From Coniocarpon cinnabarinum (lineage: Eukaryota), in contig JAVECO010000098.1 in NCBI GenBank assembly GCA_051942205.1, positions 1 to 64,000 of the forward strand: 64,000 nucleotides of DNA, read 5' to 3'. Shown in pieces: positions 62,601-64,000 of the stretch. A model generated the notes under the pieces. The model ran no database searches, was not told the DNA's origin, and saw nothing but the letters and a program-made list of their open reading frames with translations. A program made the translations under genes and the position numbers. Within the stretch, counting starts at the first letter, position 1. Every line of letters starts with the position of its first letter.

Positions 62601-63420
62601 GCCTGGCATAGACGAGCTAATCAGCATGTGCACGGGCCCTGACCGCGTAGGAATTCGCATTCAGGAGCTGATTCATTTCTGGATTACACATTGGCGCTGG
62701 CGCCGGGATACATCACCAAAAGAGACAACGGCTCAACGTCCAAACAGGTCGAGCTTGCAGGAGCAAAAGGACAGCATCTTAAGTGACATTTTTTCTCCCA
62801 ACTCGTCGGGTACATTCGCCGACACAGATTTGCACATCCCTGCACCTCCAGGTGCGTTTATCGACGATACCCCCTCCCAAGAGTTGGATACGAGCCACAG
62901 AGTCGGCAAAGAGGGAGTCCACCCCATCCGTCTCAGTCATCCCGGTGTCTACGAACTCGTCGCGCTTCCCGAATCACAGGACACCCTCAACGCCGAGGCA
63001 CTGGCCCGTCGCTGCCCTACAACTGGAGGCGCCATTTCCGATCCATACCTATGTCTCTTCTGCGGAGAGATCCTGTGCGGTCAAGCGTCATGCTGCGCGA
63101 AGGAGGTCGCACCGGGCCAAACGCATGGTGGGTGCTACCAACACCAGCAACGCTGCGGCGGCATCGTAGGCATGTTCTTCAACATCCGCAAGAGCGCTGT
63201 TGTTTTCCTGCATGGACGCAATGGTTCTTTCTATTCCGCGCCTTACCTTGACGAGCATGGTGAGATCGACTTCGGGTTAAAGCGGCGTGCGCGCCTGTTC
63301 TTGGAGAAGAGAAGGTACGACCGGCTGTTCAGGGATGTCTGGCTTGGGCACGGCGTCCCAACCGCCATCAGCAGGAAGCTGGAGGGTGAAGTAAATACGG
63401 GAGGTTGGGAGACGCTTTGA
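56634..63420 (+). CDS. UBR1: N-end rule E3 ubiquitin ligase
   Basis: UBR box (CGHIFK..CRTC..CVLCQKCF..DHEGH..GCCDCGD.EAW), ClpS-like LWNDEKHT, RING (CIFCQ...SCGHLMH..C...CPLC), C-terminal APYLDEHGEID. Intron 60807-60936. Confidence 0.97.
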
Positions 63421-63759
63421 TGACAGTCGACGACAATGACTCCAGATGCATATTTCATGTGGAGTTCATTGGTGGGGATGAGCATAGAGTGAGCTAAAAA
63501 TCATGATTGGATGGCCGGAGGTGCTCTCGACGTGCTGGCGCCTCTTTAGAGGGACGTGTATAGACCTCGTTAATTAATACCTACTGCAAAAGTCCTTGCA
63601 TGGCAGGGACTTCGATATCACACAACTGCTCTCCATGCTGTCTACGGCAGCGGCGTAGTCTACTGTTGTCCTGATCGAAATTCATCGCCAGAGGCTGTGG
63701 AGGGAGGGCCAAGGATGAGCACAGCAGAAGAACTGCCACAAGCTGTTCAAATTTCAGAC

Positions 63760-64000
63760 TCATCGATCTCGTGCGCTGCCTTCGTCTTCGCCGACGGGCT
63801 TTTTAAACTCGGATGCTTCGGACGAAGCTTTCTCCCTTGGCTCCATAGTGTCAGGCACTTGCCATATCCTCACCGTTTTGTCCATTCCACAGCTAACGAG
63901 CTCCCTCCGTGCCGGATGCACATCTACTCCGAATACGGTACCATAGTGGCCGCGCTTGGCGAGGTCGTCATGACTTAGTCTCTGCATGACCTCCTTGCTC
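63760..64000 (-). CDS. 3' end of a WD40-repeat protein, WDR5/Swd3-like (partial; continues beyond window)
   Basis: SKEVMQRL...GH.GTVFGVDVHP...LVSCGMDKTVRIW matches a terminal WD40 repeat of WDR5-type proteins. Confidence 0.7.
   Translation of the reverse strand, partial: SKEVMQRLSHDDLAKRGHYGTVFGVDVHPARRELVSCGMDKTVRIWQVPDTMEPREKASSEASEFKKPVGEDEGSARDR

Overview
This is eukaryotic genomic DNA from a filamentous ascomycete (Pezizomycotina-type), shown by short GT-AG introns with CTRAC branch sites. Two gene-dense blocks of conserved genes flank an accessory-looking block. The left block (3-34 kb) holds a PCI-like protein, TFIIB/SUA7, ATP14, a DUF1765 protein, a secreted Ser/Thr-rich protein, VPS35, a beta-carbonic anhydrase, a major-royal-jelly-family protein, importin NMD5, a Cid1-family nucleotidyltransferase, TFIIF-alpha and a disordered protein. 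The right block (53.6-64 kb) holds a CYSTM protein, PYM1, UBR1 and the 3' end of a WDR5/SWD3-like gene. The middle block (34-53 kb) begins with about 10 kb of ORF-poor DNA. It carries five different degenerate tandem-repeat arrays that look like the remains of a repeat-rich gene hit by C-to-T (RIP-like) mutation. It continues with a transaldolase-fold enzyme carrying the Gln/Tyr signature of fructose-6-phosphate aldolases, a PTH11-like receptor, a G-to-A-mutated AidB-like acyl-CoA dehydrogenase pseudogene and an MFS permease. The first 3 kb also look decayed. I found no tRNA, rRNA, CRISPR array or recognisable transposase. All assignments come from motif recognition by eye; no database searches were run.
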